Positions 47,266 to 58,986 of a stretch of DNA of 64,000 bases are shown in pieces. Positions within the stretch are counted from its first letter, which is position 1; every line of letters begins with the position of its first letter. Origin of the DNA: Macrostomum lignano (Eukaryota); contig NIVC01001595.1 of assembly GCA_002269645.1 (NCBI GenBank), positions 56,602-120,601 on the forward strand. Reading direction: 5' to 3'. A program made the position numbers and the translations under genes. The notes below the pieces were generated by a model. That model did no database searches. It was not told the origin of the DNA and worked only from the letters and a program-made list of their open reading frames with translations.

Positions 47266-48521
47266 CCATACATTTGCGTACAATTTTAAATAAATTGTTT
47301 GCGTGCAGGAACGGATAGTGTCATTCCTGCACGATGTCCATGTGTAAAACAGTGGAGATTTGGCCATAGATTATTTAATTCCTGCACGACTGCCTTCATT
47401 CCCGCACGCTGGCTCAAATAAGAATGGTATGGCCAAGAAGTGAATGCAGCTAATCATGGTTTTTACCATAGACATTGAAGTACTTTAAATAAAAATACTT
47501 GGCAGATTAGGCAATGGCGCATTAATTCACGCTAATTGATCTCTGTCTATGGTAAATGTGAAGTCTTCTCCACAGTTGGCTATACCAGTCGGCAATGTGA
47601 TAGATGCACGGCTTATCTTGCAATAATGCCATAGACAGTCATGCCTAACGCACACTCGTGGTCTAGGCATTATTGCACTCTCAAGCCGTGCACTGTCTCT
47701 CTATATTGGCTAACTATTTGGCAGCAATGCTTGTTTTATCATAGAAACGTGCGGTTTTAACTATATGAATAATGCATAGAACCATAACCAAACCATGCAT
47801 TTAACAATTTTTAAACATAGAAATTCTGTTTAACAATATGAATTTCAGAAAACAAGAATACTGAGATGACCGACGGTGGCGACTGCTAAGGGTCTTCGAC
47901 TTCGAAGTGTCGGTTGAACTACTAAAATAGTTACTTTAACACGGTGTTGGGATATGACATTTTGCGCAAATTATTAATAACTTAAAACCATGAAATTGAG
48001 GCTCAAAATTCTGCTCAGAATTTTGCTCAAAACTCTGCTCAGAAGAACAGAAATTGATGACGGGATTTAATGACAAGTTAAATTAAAATCAAAATTATAA
48101 AAGATCACTGCAAATTAAGCAGTTTTACGATAAATTCTTACTTTAAATTTGTTATAAGAATACCCCCTAAGTGAGGTGGCGGTAACTAATATCTGGTTGA
48201 TAGGGAAGTAACCATATAACTTTTGATTGAAATTAAATAAAACTGTTGCTCTCCTGGCTAATGCCACTAATAACACGAACGTTGCTGCTAGACCTATCTT
48301 TATTTCATTTTATCGATGGTATGCGAGGGCGCTTGCTACCAATGCATAACTGAAGTGGAAGGCCGGCAAGGAACTGCAGAATGGGGTTCTACGCTCGTAT
48401 CACTAGAGAAAAACCCGGTTTCTCAAGAGCTCTTTCTTTGCTCTGCCTAACCAAATGGCTATTGGCCTCAACCAATCTCTAAAGAGCCGCAGCAGCAAAA
48501 ATGAAAGACAAAGTGGCTGAT

Positions 48522-48893
48522 AATAACCAAGAGACAGGGGCTGAGCTAGACTAAGCCAGGGACTAACCAAGAGACAGGGGCTGAGCTAGACTAAGCCAGG
48601 GACTAACCAAGAGACAGGGGCTGAACTAGACTAAGCCAAAGACTAACCAAGAGACAGGGGCTGAGCTAGACTAAGCCAAAGACTAACCAAGAGACAGGGG
48701 CTGAGCTAGACTAAGCCAAAGACTAACCAAGAGACAGGGGCTGAGCTAGACTAAGCCAAAGACTAACCAAGAGACAGGGGCTGAGCTAGACTAAGCCAGG
48801 GACTAACCAAGAGACAAAGTGGCTGAGCTAGACTAAGCCAAAGACTAACCAAGAGACAAAGTGGCTGAGCTAGACTAAGCCAGGGACTAACTA
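48522..48893. repeat. Array B: 40-bp ACTAACCAAGAGACAGGGGCTGAGCTAGACTAAGCCAGGG, ~9 copies
   Basis: 40-bp period; second array at 61465-61862. Confidence 0.93.
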
Positions 48894-49265
48894 AGTCAAG
48901 CAATCATTACATCACGATCACTGCGTACTTAGAATCTCTGAAAGAGCGACCTTAAGACTAAGTTTTAGTGCTTGGATAGGAGCACAAGAGAGAAGAGCTC
49001 AAGGGTATGATTGACCATAGACTATGGATTGTGTTGATTAAAAGCTCACTTACGGGACTGCTTTCTTAGACTTTATCAGGGCGCACTGAAAGAGAGATGG
49101 CTTTGATTGACAGGACAATCTTCCATTTTCCTGTTTGGACGGAGTCAACGACAACGAATTGGAAGTTCATTTTCAGATGTTCAGATTTTCAGACGGCGGA
49201 TAGAAAAAACTTTATCGACTTCTACGTGGATCTGCAGTCGAAGTCTGAGGGTCAGAAGCACCAGA

Positions 49266-49690
49266 CCCTGTCTCTTGGTGGGCGCCCCTGTCTCTTGGTG
49301 GGCGCCCCTGTCTCTTTGTGGGCGCCCCTGTCTCTTGGTTGGGCGCCCCTGTCTCTTGGTGGGCGCCCCTGTTTCTCCGTGGGCGCCCCTGTCTCTTGGT
49401 GGGCGCCCCTGTCTCTCCGTGGGCGCCCCTGTGTTTCTGTGGGCGCCCCTGTCTCTCCGTGGGCGCCCCTGTCTCTTGGTGGGCGCCCCTGTCTCTCCGT
49501 GGGCGCCCCTGTCTCTTTGTTGGGCGCCCCTGTCTCTTGGTGGGTGCCCCTGGCTCTTGGTGGGCGCCCCTGTCTTTTGGTTGGGCGCCCCTGTCGCTCC
49601 GTGGGCGCCCCTGTCTCTTTGTTGGGCGCCCCTGCCTCTTGGTTGGGCGCCCCTGTCTCTCCGTGGGCGCCCCTGTCTCTCCGTGGGCGT
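49266..49690. repeat. Array C: 20-21-bp GGGCGCCCCTGTCTCTTGGT, ~20 copies
   Basis: Direct reading; second array at 62238-62605. Confidence 0.93.
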
Positions 49691-49824
49691 TCCTCTCTCT
49701 TAGGCCGCGGTGTATGCTAAGCCAGGAGCGATTGGGGGGGGGGGGCCCCAAGCCCCCCTCTGCTTATACCAAATGACCAAACCTAATGGTAAGACATAGA
49801 CAGTGCTTAGGAAAGTTTTGAGTT

Positions 49825-50220
49825 GCTGAGTTCTCGCTGAGTTGCTGATCACTGAGTTGTTGATCCCTGATTTGCTGATCACTGAGTTGCTGATCACTGA
49901 GTTGCTGAACACTGAGTTGCTAGGCACTGAGTTGCTGATCACTGAGTTGCTGATCACTGAGTTGCTGATCACTGAGTTGCTGATCACTGAGTTGCTGATC
50001 ACTGAGTTACTGATCACTGAGTTGCTGATCACTGAGTTGCTGATCTCTGAGTTGCTGAACACTGAGTTGTTGATCACTGAGTTGCTGATCACTGAGTTGT
50101 TGATCACTGAGTTGCTGATCACTGATTTGCTGATCACTGAGTTGCTGATCACTGAGTTGCTATGCACTGAGTTGCTAGGCACTGAGTTGTTGATCACTGA
50201 GTTGCTGATCACTGAGTTGT
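49825..50220. repeat. Array D: 15-bp ACTGAGTTGCTGATC, left part (resumes at 51745-51832 after the LINE)
   Basis: LITEL / NSVIS periodic ORFs. Confidence 0.93.
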
Positions 50221-51744
50221 AGTAGTAGTAGTAGTAGTAGTAAGTTGGCTCAGGCAAGAAGCCTGTTTGGCCAGTATATTTCTGTGTATTTAAGATATTT
50301 TAGCATTAGTTGTTTAATTACGATTAAGTTCAAAAGGTTAAATTTGTTCAAAAGGTTAAATTTTTACACGAGTTACGATGCTAGTTACGATATTTGTAAA
50401 ATTATTAAGGTTTTTGAAAGAGCGTTTTTTTGTAAAAAAAAAAAGATGTAGTATTTTGCAAGCGCGCGATATTTCAAAGCGTGAAAAACGAACATGAACA
50501 TACTTCGAAAGAACTTTACGTTTAACGAATAACGACGATTTAAATAGGTATTAGATAGGAAACTAATTAAATACTAATTAAATACTAATTAAATAGGAAC
50601 TTAAAAAGACAGTAAATGAATAAACAAATGAAAAGCAGATTTATTACACTGCTGATACATCTGTTTCAGTTTGCATAACTGTTTTAGCTATTCATGACTT
50701 CATATATTTTACGCTCGTAGCTACACCAGTGAGCTCTTTTCTGACTCTTTTTTCATTTGTAGCATATCCTAACTTGTGTACTTGCTTGTCGTTTAAGAGG
50801 TACTGACAGAAGTATTTTTTTCTGATCTTTTCAGTTTGTGGACATTCGGTCAAGTAGTGTAGGATGTCGGAACCATTTCTCGCTCCACACAGTCTACATG
50901 CTTCGTGAGAGAAAATGTTGGGTGTAATTTCGCATTTCAGTTTTAGGAGGGTTGTTAGGAATTTTTTGTTTCTAAAAGTGCATGGAAAGTATTCTGAAAG
51001 GTCGGGCCTGCAGATTTTTTTGTAGAGATAGGTGTTTTTGTAGAGTTTAATATGTTGCTGATTCTCTAGCTTTTGGCTAAGTTCTCTTTCTCTGTGTATC
51101 TTGAGGTGCTTTTTCACTAGGTATTTCTCGTTATTAAAGCTTTGGGAAAGTTTATCTTCAGTTAGTGCTTTTAAGTCTATACTTTCCAGTTTCTTTAGTA
51201 CATTCGTTTTCCATGGATTTTTTTGGCTGGTGTTTGAGTAGAAAATTTCTAGTGTCGTTTGGCAAAGTTTTTGGTGTCTAATCTTCAGCCAGTAGGTAAG
51301 GTAGGTTTTAGCGATTCGTTGGGAGATTGGAGTAAGCTCAAGTTCTGATGATATCACACTGTTGCTAGCAAATTTTGGTAGATTGAGGAGATATTTGTAG
51401 AATTTCAGCTGAATGTTTTCAATAGCTTTTGTTTCAGAAATGGTAGCCAGAGGGCCCCAGAGCTCACAGCCGTACGTGATAACGGGGGTAACAAGCGCGT
51501 CGAATAGTCTGCGAATGAGTGTGATGTCCAGGGACGTATTTTTTACCTTGTGGAGTAGGGAAAACATAGCTGTATATCCCTGCTTAGTTTGATGTTCAAT
51601 ACATTTTTTAAAGCTGTTTTTTGGTTCAAAAATAATTCCCAGGTATTTAAATTCATTTACTTCCACTATTTCTTGGTTGTCGTAGATTATTTTTGTAGCA
51701 AAGCTTTCTGTGTCGTTTTTTTGTCTGGTACTGCCCTGCATAAA
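50220..51744 (-). mobile_element. 5'-truncated non-LTR retrotransposon (LINE, RTEX/L2-like) with a (TAC)n tail
   Basis: ORF 51741-50692 has EFKYLG (RT domain 7), PVITYGCELWG, IQLKFYKYLL and the C-terminal CRLC..HYLTEC zinc knuckle. It is followed by ~450 bp of 3' UTR and (AGT)n on plus at 50221-50243. No YADD region, so it is truncated. Clade is tentative. Confidence 0.85.
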
Positions 51745-52224
51745 AAGTTGCTGATAAAGTTGCTGATCACTGAGTTGCTAGGCACTGAGTTGCTGATCAC
51801 TCAGTTATTGGCCATTGAGTTGCTGATAACTGTTGATCCAAAGCTCAATATTTATGTAAAATGACGCTTTCTAAAGTGCTGAAGCTTTGTGCTTCACGCA
51901 TTTCTAATTGAAATAACAAAAACTGATTATTTATTCCTAGTTTTTAAACAACAAGCCACAACCTTTCGCAAAGTCCGTAATATGTACGAGTTATATTTTT
52001 GGACTCGTTCTTGCATTTTTGGGTTCACTTTGTCAACAAAAGTGTTGCAAAGAAAATTCGAACGTTGGCCAGGGGATAGATGCTGGTCAAAAGACACTGC
52101 TCACTGGGGCAAAGGGTGGCGACTTTTCAATGTTGCTGAGTATATAAATAAAGCAGAGGCTCAGGCAACAGATGCAAGAGGGTAAAGCATGCAGGCTGGA
52201 AAATACATTACGGAGCTTCTGGTG

Positions 52225-52320
52225 CTGGCGCTCCTGATGCTAAAGCCTCTGATGCTAAAGCCTCTGATGCTAAAGCCCCTGAAGCTAAAGTCCCTGGTGC
52301 TAAAGCCCCTTGGTGCTAAA
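52225..52320. repeat. 15-bp GCTAAAGCCTCTGAT repeat, ~5-6 copies
   Basis: LMLKP periodic ORF. Confidence 0.75.
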
Positions 52321-52353
52321 GCTTTGTATAGTTGGTTTGCAGGTATGTACATC

Positions 52354-52512
52354 TGTTATGTACATCTGTTATGTACATCTGTTTGGCGATATTGATCTGT
52401 CGAAGCTAAAGTATAAATATACCAGTCGGAAGGGCAAAAGGGTTTACATATGTAAGTTCGTGTGTACCCCAAAATCAGTCTGAATTTCTCAACACAAAAT
52501 TGGCGTCGCAAG
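52354..52512 (+). other. Possible remnant 5' LTR and primer-binding site of the gypsy element
   Basis: TGTTATG start, TATAAATA motif, ...CTCAACA end at 52494, then TGGCGTCGC at 52501. No second LTR to confirm. Confidence 0.35.
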
Positions 52513-52638
52513 CTCGGCCAACCCCCGCAAGTTGGGGTTTTGAAGCTTCACTAACTAAAGTTGAGTGCCAGCCCAGCCTAGAAGCCCGCCACTGCAAAGT
52601 AAACAAGCACCTAACAGAAAAAGTACACAGTGCTCAGA

Positions 52639-55135
52639 ATGTCTCAGTCAGCGACAGCTCCTAGCACATCGGAGGTGCCAAGGATCAACATCTCGCCACC
52701 AGAGCAATTCCTGCCTCAACCGGGACCGCCAACGAAGCCGTGGAATGAGTGGAAGAGCCTGTTTGACAACTACTTAATGGCGGTGGGCTTCGACACTCTA
52801 CCAGACGCGAGAAAGCGAGCCCTGCTTCTGCACTGCCTGGGTGCTGAAGGACAGCGGATCTTCGCAGCGATGCAGCCACCGCCATCTCAGAGTTCGGATG
52901 GTGGACAGACACCGCTGGGATTCGACGAGACTGTGCAGCTGCTGAAGGAGCAGTTTGGTGGCAAGACCAACGTGGTGGCGGAGCGCCACAGGTTTCGGCA
53001 GCGAGGGCAGCGACGCGGTGAGAAAATTGATGACTTTGTGGCAGCGCTGTACACGCTGGCCGGCTCGTGCGAGTTCGGCGGCATGACGGACGAGATGATT
53101 CGCGACCAGACCGTGGAGAAGGTCGTCGACAGGCGAATCAGAGAGCGCCTGCTTATCGAGGAGGGCCTGACGCTCAAGACGGCGGTGACGCTGAGTCAGC
53201 AGTGGGAGACCAGCATCACGGAAGCCAGGGCGATCGAGACTGGCGGAGCAGTTGCCATGGCAAGCCGAGGCGAGGCGGATGTGAACAAGGTGCAACATCA
53301 GTTCGGAAAGTCAAGAGCTCAAGGACGAGCGGCTGTCGGGCGAGAGTCCTGTCCAAATTGCGGAGGCGGCCACAACAGGCGAGCGCGATGTCCTGCTAAA
53401 GGCAAGTCCTGTTATGCCTGTGGCAAGCAGAACCATTTTGGCAGGATGTGCAGGTCGCAGGGCACCAAGGTGGCCGAGGTCGGAGACGAGAGCAGCCGCG
53501 AGGTGTTCACCGTGCGTGGCACGGCCAGTCCCGACATCAGGTGCCGGCTGAGGGTCCAGGGCAGCTGGCTGAGCCTGCTGGTCGACTCGGGCGCGAAAGT
53601 GTCCATTCTATCGGAGAGGACCTACCGGAAGCTCGGGACCAAGGTGCTGCTGCAGCCATCAACCAGGAAGCTCATCGCCTACGTCGGCAAGGCTATCGAC
53701 GTGATGGGACAGGTGGTGCTGTCGGTCAACTACCGCGGGCAGAGTGTGCCGTTCTTCTGCTTCATAGTAGTGCAGCAGGGATCCGACATCATGGGCACCG
53801 ATCTGATGCAGCAGCTCAGCTTCCAAGTGGTGGACTGGGACGGCGACCTGGTGCGCACCGAGGACAAGACCAGGCAGCTGCCGGCCTGGCTGTCAGACCG
53901 CTTCGAGCAGCTGACGCGAGGACTCGGCCGGATTCGGGGGTTCGAGCACCGGCCCCGAGTGAACCCCGCAGTGCCTCCAGTGGCGCAGCTTCTCCGCCGG
54001 ACGTCGCTCAGCCTCAAGGAGAAGGTTCAAGCTAAGATCTATCAGCTTCTAGCGGACGGGATAGTCGAGGAGATCCAGGTATCCGAATGGATCTCGAATC
54101 TGGTGGTCGTCCCAAAGCCTGACGGCAAGATCCGAATCTGCAATGACCTCAGGTGCCCCAACAAGGCAATTGTGCCGGACAAGCTGCCTCTGCCGACATT
54201 CGTGGAGCTGACCACGGAGTTCAATGGCTCGACGTTTTTCTCAAAACTAGATCTGAACTCATCGTATCTGCAGCTTGAGCTCGCCGAAGACAGACGTGAT
54301 ATGACAGCCTTCATCACGGAGAAGGGTCTCTATTGGTAACTGCGGTTTGTTTCGGTCTCAACAGCGCCCCGGCAGCATTCCAGAAGGTGCTGAGCAAGAT
54401 TCTAAACGGCTGCTCAGGAACGGTACAATACGTCGAAGACAGTCGTACACGCTGCCAGTGAGACTGAGCATCACGAGCGGCTCACTGCGGTGCTCGACAA
54501 GCTGCTGGCCGCAAGCTGCTGGCTGCGTCACTTCGAACGCAGGCAAGTGCCAGTGGGCTGCTGAGTCTGTGCAGTTCCTGTGCTACATCATCTCTGCAAG
54601 CGGCCTGCGACTAATGCAGTCAAACGTGGACGCTATCGAGCAGGTGCCGGAGCCGAAGAGCGCTGAGGCGGTGGCGGCATTCCTTGGAATGGTAAAATTC
54701 CAAGCATTCTGGACTGGGACTGGTCCACAGACTGCCAGAAGGCTTTCACGACGCTCAAGAAGATGGTACTGGCGCCGACCTGTCTGAGGTTTTTTAGTCC
54801 GGATGAGAAGATCATCGTTGCCTGCGACAGCTCGGCGCATGCTCTGGGCGCAGTTCTGCTTCAAGAAGACTGCTCCGGCGTCCGGAGACCAGTCGCGTTT
54901 GCATCCAGAACTCTGTCAGCGACTGAGCGCAAGTACTCCGCGTCTGAAAGAGAGGCATTGGCATGCATCTTCGCCTGTGAGAGGTGGCACTATTTCCTGT
55001 TCGGCCGGAGATTCGAGCTGCACACGGACCATCAGGCGCTGACTACGTTGCTGACGGCTCAGGGCAGCGGCCACCGGCCATTGAGACTGCACCGGTGGGC
55101 CGACCGCCTGCTCGCGTACGACTTCCAGGTCTGCT
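52639..55135 (+). pseudogene. Ty3/gypsy LTR-retrotransposon gag-pol, disrupted and 3'-truncated
   Basis: Gag (WKSLFDNYL, ERHRFRQR, CYACGKQNHFGRMC knuckle), protease LVDSGA, RT (WISNLVVVPK, RICNDLR, FSKLDL) and RNase H (CDSS, RPVAFASRTL, EREALA, TDHQAL). Stop at 54339 plus frameshifts. YxDD reads YVED at 54429-54440. No integrase. Confidence 0.93.
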
Positions 55136-55589
55136 TTGACGTTGGACTTCACGTCGCACCACTTCTTCCTACATTCTTCGCCTGTACATTTATTTCCTCC
55201 GATCACATTCACACGAGCTGCGATGGTCTCCCAACAGGCCTTCTTTCTCCTCTGCATCTCAACCTTTTGATCCTTTGAGTTAAAAATGTCCAAGTACATG
55301 TATTTGTTGACATAGCTAAGTAATTCTTCTATTTCTATGCGATTAGTGCTTTAAGTGCGTCTTACGACTGATACCGAGCAGTCGTAGGGTTAAGATCAAC
55401 CTTACGAAAGACCATAGACATACGAACGTTTCGAGAAACAATCTTTTGCGCAAAGTTACGAACTCGTAAAGTTGCGATCAATCTTACGCATAGCTAACTT
55501 GCGAGCCCTTCGAGCAACCCGCAAGTGTAGCTTACCCAACTTACGTCCATGGCCGATCGTAAGTTGCTTTCGAGAGAGACCCCCCCCCC
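55135..55589 (-). mobile_element. Terminal fragment of a PIF/Harbinger-like transposon with a Myb/SANT-like ORF fragment
   Basis: Minus strand EIEELLSYVNK..RKKACWETIAARVNVIGGNKCTGEECRKKWCDVK resembles the MSANTD-type Myb domain. G-rich terminus GGGGTCTCTCTCGAAAG, repeated TTACG/CGTAA subterminal motifs, flank CAGGTC. Confidence 0.55.
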
Positions 55590-56510
55590 CAGGTCGATCG
55601 CACCGTCAACATTAGAAATATAGGGGCGAGGCAACCCAAGTTTTATTATGATCAACAGAGCCTCATAAAATTAGAAATGCGAAACCAATGGATCTTCTAG
55701 AAGATTCACCTCCCCTTTTTATCTAAACGGCGATTGCTGAATCGTGCCTTCGATTTTTTAAACTTTAACCAACTCTATAAATTTAGCAATGTATAGTTGC
55801 GTACATGGTTTGAACTATACATATTGCTTGAATGGTGTCTTAAAGAGAATGTTGCTTCATCAGACGACAAAAATCAGATTATGTAAATCAGACGTTGTAA
55901 AAACTACAACGAACGTTCTCTGAGTTCGTACAAACAAGCACAGCTCAAATTTTGGGCGAAAAAGACTCAACTCCGCGTCGACGTATGACGGTTGGTACAT
56001 GAATGTTTTTTTTAAATTCATAAAATAAAATGTTTTGAAGGAACTTATTTAACCAGTTTTGAATATAAATTTTTCCAGCATTCCAAAACTCGTCAGGTGT
56101 TTCATAGTTCGTTCTTCTAGGGGTGTTATTGGGGTTTTAAAGTATTTGATACTGTTAAGGAAGCAAATTTTTATTTTGATGCAATGGGAAATCACGAGCA
56201 GACACCACCAACAGAGGTTTGGACTCATTCCATCATTCTTGACTTTGGTTTATTTTTAACAAGAGTTGCGAAATCGATGAGAAGCAAAACAGGAGGCACG
56301 CAATTGGCCATATCTGTCGCTCTCGGCTTCATAAGTGCTGCCAATAAAAACTTTTATCCCCGAAATTTGAATGCATTTGTGTTGACGCCTTTTTTCAAAA
56401 GAATTTTCAGTATTGGTTCGCGAGATGGACAGATTCTAGTGATTACGAGCGTATCAAGCACGACCCCAATGCAGCTAATTTGTGATAAACACTTGAGAAT
56501 CACAAAAGAT

Positions 56511-57170
56511 TATTTCTTCGCCAAAAAATGGTCTATAACTATACACACGTCCAACCATTTCCAGTGTAGTAGGTTAAATTCTATAGAAATGCTGTCAGCA
56601 ATTGTCACATGCATTCATTCAGCTTCTTTAATTCGAAACTGCAATGCTTCCTCGCTTTAGGCTATGACTTGACCTGAAAGGAGTGGCAGCGCATGCATTA
56701 ATAGTGGTCCAAACCATTGCTTCAATGAGCTCAATACCGATCCGATCGATCGCTCACTATTGGAATCCCCTGAGCCACCACCCCCCGTTTCCAGCCTTTG
56801 ACTCCAACACAACTACTAGAGGCGTGCTGGTAAGTTGAACGACGCTGGTGTGCAGGACTTTGCACGCAGCTCAGTTGTAAGCCATAAAAAGCCAAGCTAC
56901 TCAGCAGAGTGGGCAAATGCCACCCAGCCCCAGCCCACTGCCTGGCTGGGTGTAGCGATGTCCGGCAGCTCAAAGCACCTGCTCTGAGCTGAGAGAGTGA
57001 GGAAGCTAGCTATTCCCAAGTCTTTAAAGGTTTGAAATGGAATCAGCCTGTTTGCCGAGAAGTCCAAGTCCGACAAAATTTCGTATTCGTCTGCGTTGGC
57101 CGAGAAATTTCGACATGACAATCACTCGAGCTCTGTTTGGAATTTTTGTCTGCCTGTGCCTGGCTGCGGG
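56511..57170. repeat. Third, partial copy of the ~660-bp unique segment found at ~46210-46870 and ~60035-60690
   Basis: Near-identical sequence; the same SCRNFSANADEYEILSDLDF ORF appears in all three copies. Confidence 0.92.
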
Positions 57171-57339
57171 ATGCGCTGAAGGTGATTGAAGATTGATAAC
57201 TGTATACTCTCTCTGATTTCCGCATAGTCCAGCCGCTACAATACCTGACTTTGCCTTATTAGGCAGTCAATCAAGAATAACCATTGAAATGCTTGAAACT
57301 TATGGGTTAAATGTTTTTACTGTTCCTATTTTCTGACAG

Positions 57340-57662
57340 CGTTTACCCGCATCGGTTGCTACAAGGACAAGGCGAGTCCCAGAGACCTGCCGCTCCTCCA
57401 TCACTCAAAGTCGACTACGCCCGAGTCCTGCGTGAGCCGCTGCAAAGCCAGAAAGTACAAGTACGCCGGTCTGCAGGCTGGCGCTTGGTGCCTCTGCGGC
57501 AACTCGTACGGTCGGCACGGCAAGGCGAGGAACGCCGACTGCAACATGCGGTGCAGCGGAAACAGCAGGAAGACCTGCGGCGGACCCTGGAGAAACGACG
57601 TGCTCGCCACTGGATACTCTTCAAGACCAAAGCCATCGGCGTCTAATAACAGTAGGCTTTGA
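57340..57662 (+). CDS. WSC-domain exon, copy 1 (partial gene, upstream exons not found)
   Basis: ttctgacag acceptor (phase 1), then FTRIGCYKD..CVSRC..YAGLQAGAWCLCG..CNMRCSGN..TCGGPWRNDV with the 8-Cys WSC pattern. Either stops at 57662 or splices at A|GTAGGC (57651). Confidence 0.8.
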
Positions 57663-58407
57663 CAGCTTTTTCTTGAGTGAATGCAGATGGGTCACTGCAA
57701 GAGATTCAGAGAATTTGGAGCCCGTTACTTTATTGAGGGACAGGCTATTGAAACCCGCGGATTTTTAACCTGCTGAATTTCAATCTCTGGAACTATTGTT
57801 GCTTGCATTCTTAAATCTGAAGTCATACTAAAGCAAAAACTCATTAATACTTAGGATAGAGGTAAACAAAAATTGGTGTATATAAGTGCTAAATTAAGGT
57901 TCGAGGCAAGCATTGATCTCGTTTGATGGGGTGCAAGGCGGAATGACAGGAAATGTGTCTTAAGCATGCGCGTTGACAAACCCTGGCCGCTGGCCTATGC
58001 CTTTCTCTCCGTCCCTCCGGTCTTTGAAACTTCTTTCCTCTCTCCTCTCCACTCTTCTTATCTCTTCTCTCTTTGATCATGTCTTCTCCTCTCTTCTATA
58101 TTGTCTCTACTCTTTTCTCACTCCTCTCTACTAGCTTATCTCTCATCTCTCCATCCCCTCTCTTCTTTCTAATCTCTACTCTCGTCTATGTCTACTCTCT
58201 CTACTCTCTCTACACTGCCTTAGATGCCTTGGACTATGTAATTTCGTGGACAGTCCATCTACAACTTCAGAGCGTACATTTGAAACCCCTAGAAAACGAT
58301 TTACCTGCTCCATGACTGACATTCTTTAGTCAAGTTGGAACACTTACTTAGTAAATATCTACTACGCACCCAGAATGCTTTCATAAGCTACGAAAACTTC
58401 ACTACAG

Positions 58408-58727
58408 AAAACCGCATCGGTTGCTACAAGGACAAGGCGAGTCCCAGAGACCTGCCGCTTCTCCATCACTCAAAGTCGACTACGCCCGAGTCCTGCGTGA
58501 GCCGCTGCAAAGCCAGAAAGTACAAGTACGCCGGTCTGCAGGCCGGCGCTTGGTGCCTCTGCGGCAACTCGTACGGTCGGCACGGCAAGGCGAGGAACGC
58601 CGACTGCAACATGCGGTGCAGCGGAAACAGCAGGAAGACCTGCGGCGGACCCTGGAGAAACGACGTGCTCGCCACTGGATACTCTTCAAGACCAAAGCCA
58701 TCGGCGTCTAATAACAGTAGGCTTTGA
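58408..58727 (+). CDS. WSC-domain exon, copy 2
   Basis: actacag acceptor (phase 1). The ~485-bp duplicate of copy 1 differs at two positions I could find, both synonymous. Confidence 0.75.
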
Positions 58728-58986
58728 CAGCTTTTTCTTGAGTGAATGCAGATGGGTCACTGCAAGAGATTCAGAGAATTTGGAGCCCGTTACTTTATTG
58801 AGGGACAGGCTATTGAAACCCGCGGATTTTTAACCTGCTGAATTTCAATCTCTGGAACTATTGTTGCTTGCATTCTTAAATCTGAAGTCATACTGGATAC
58901 GAGACCATCAGATTCCAAGACCGGTAGGTTTCTAACACTTTGCTTGGAATGAATTTCGCCACCTCTGAAAGGTATGTCCCAGCATA

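Larger units (their letters stand above)
45432..51835. mobile_element. Composite repeat unit, copy 1 (array A - unique - array B - spacer - array C - unique - array D)
   Basis: Colinear with 58987-64000. Carries an extra ~850 bp (46871-47727) and a LINE insertion in array D. Mobility versus segmental duplication is not resolved. Confidence 0.65.

Noticed and set aside
58073-58315. Hydrophobic ORF as the signal-peptide exon of the WSC gene
   Set aside because: It is a translation of CT-rich low-complexity sequence, and I found no suitable phase-1 donor.
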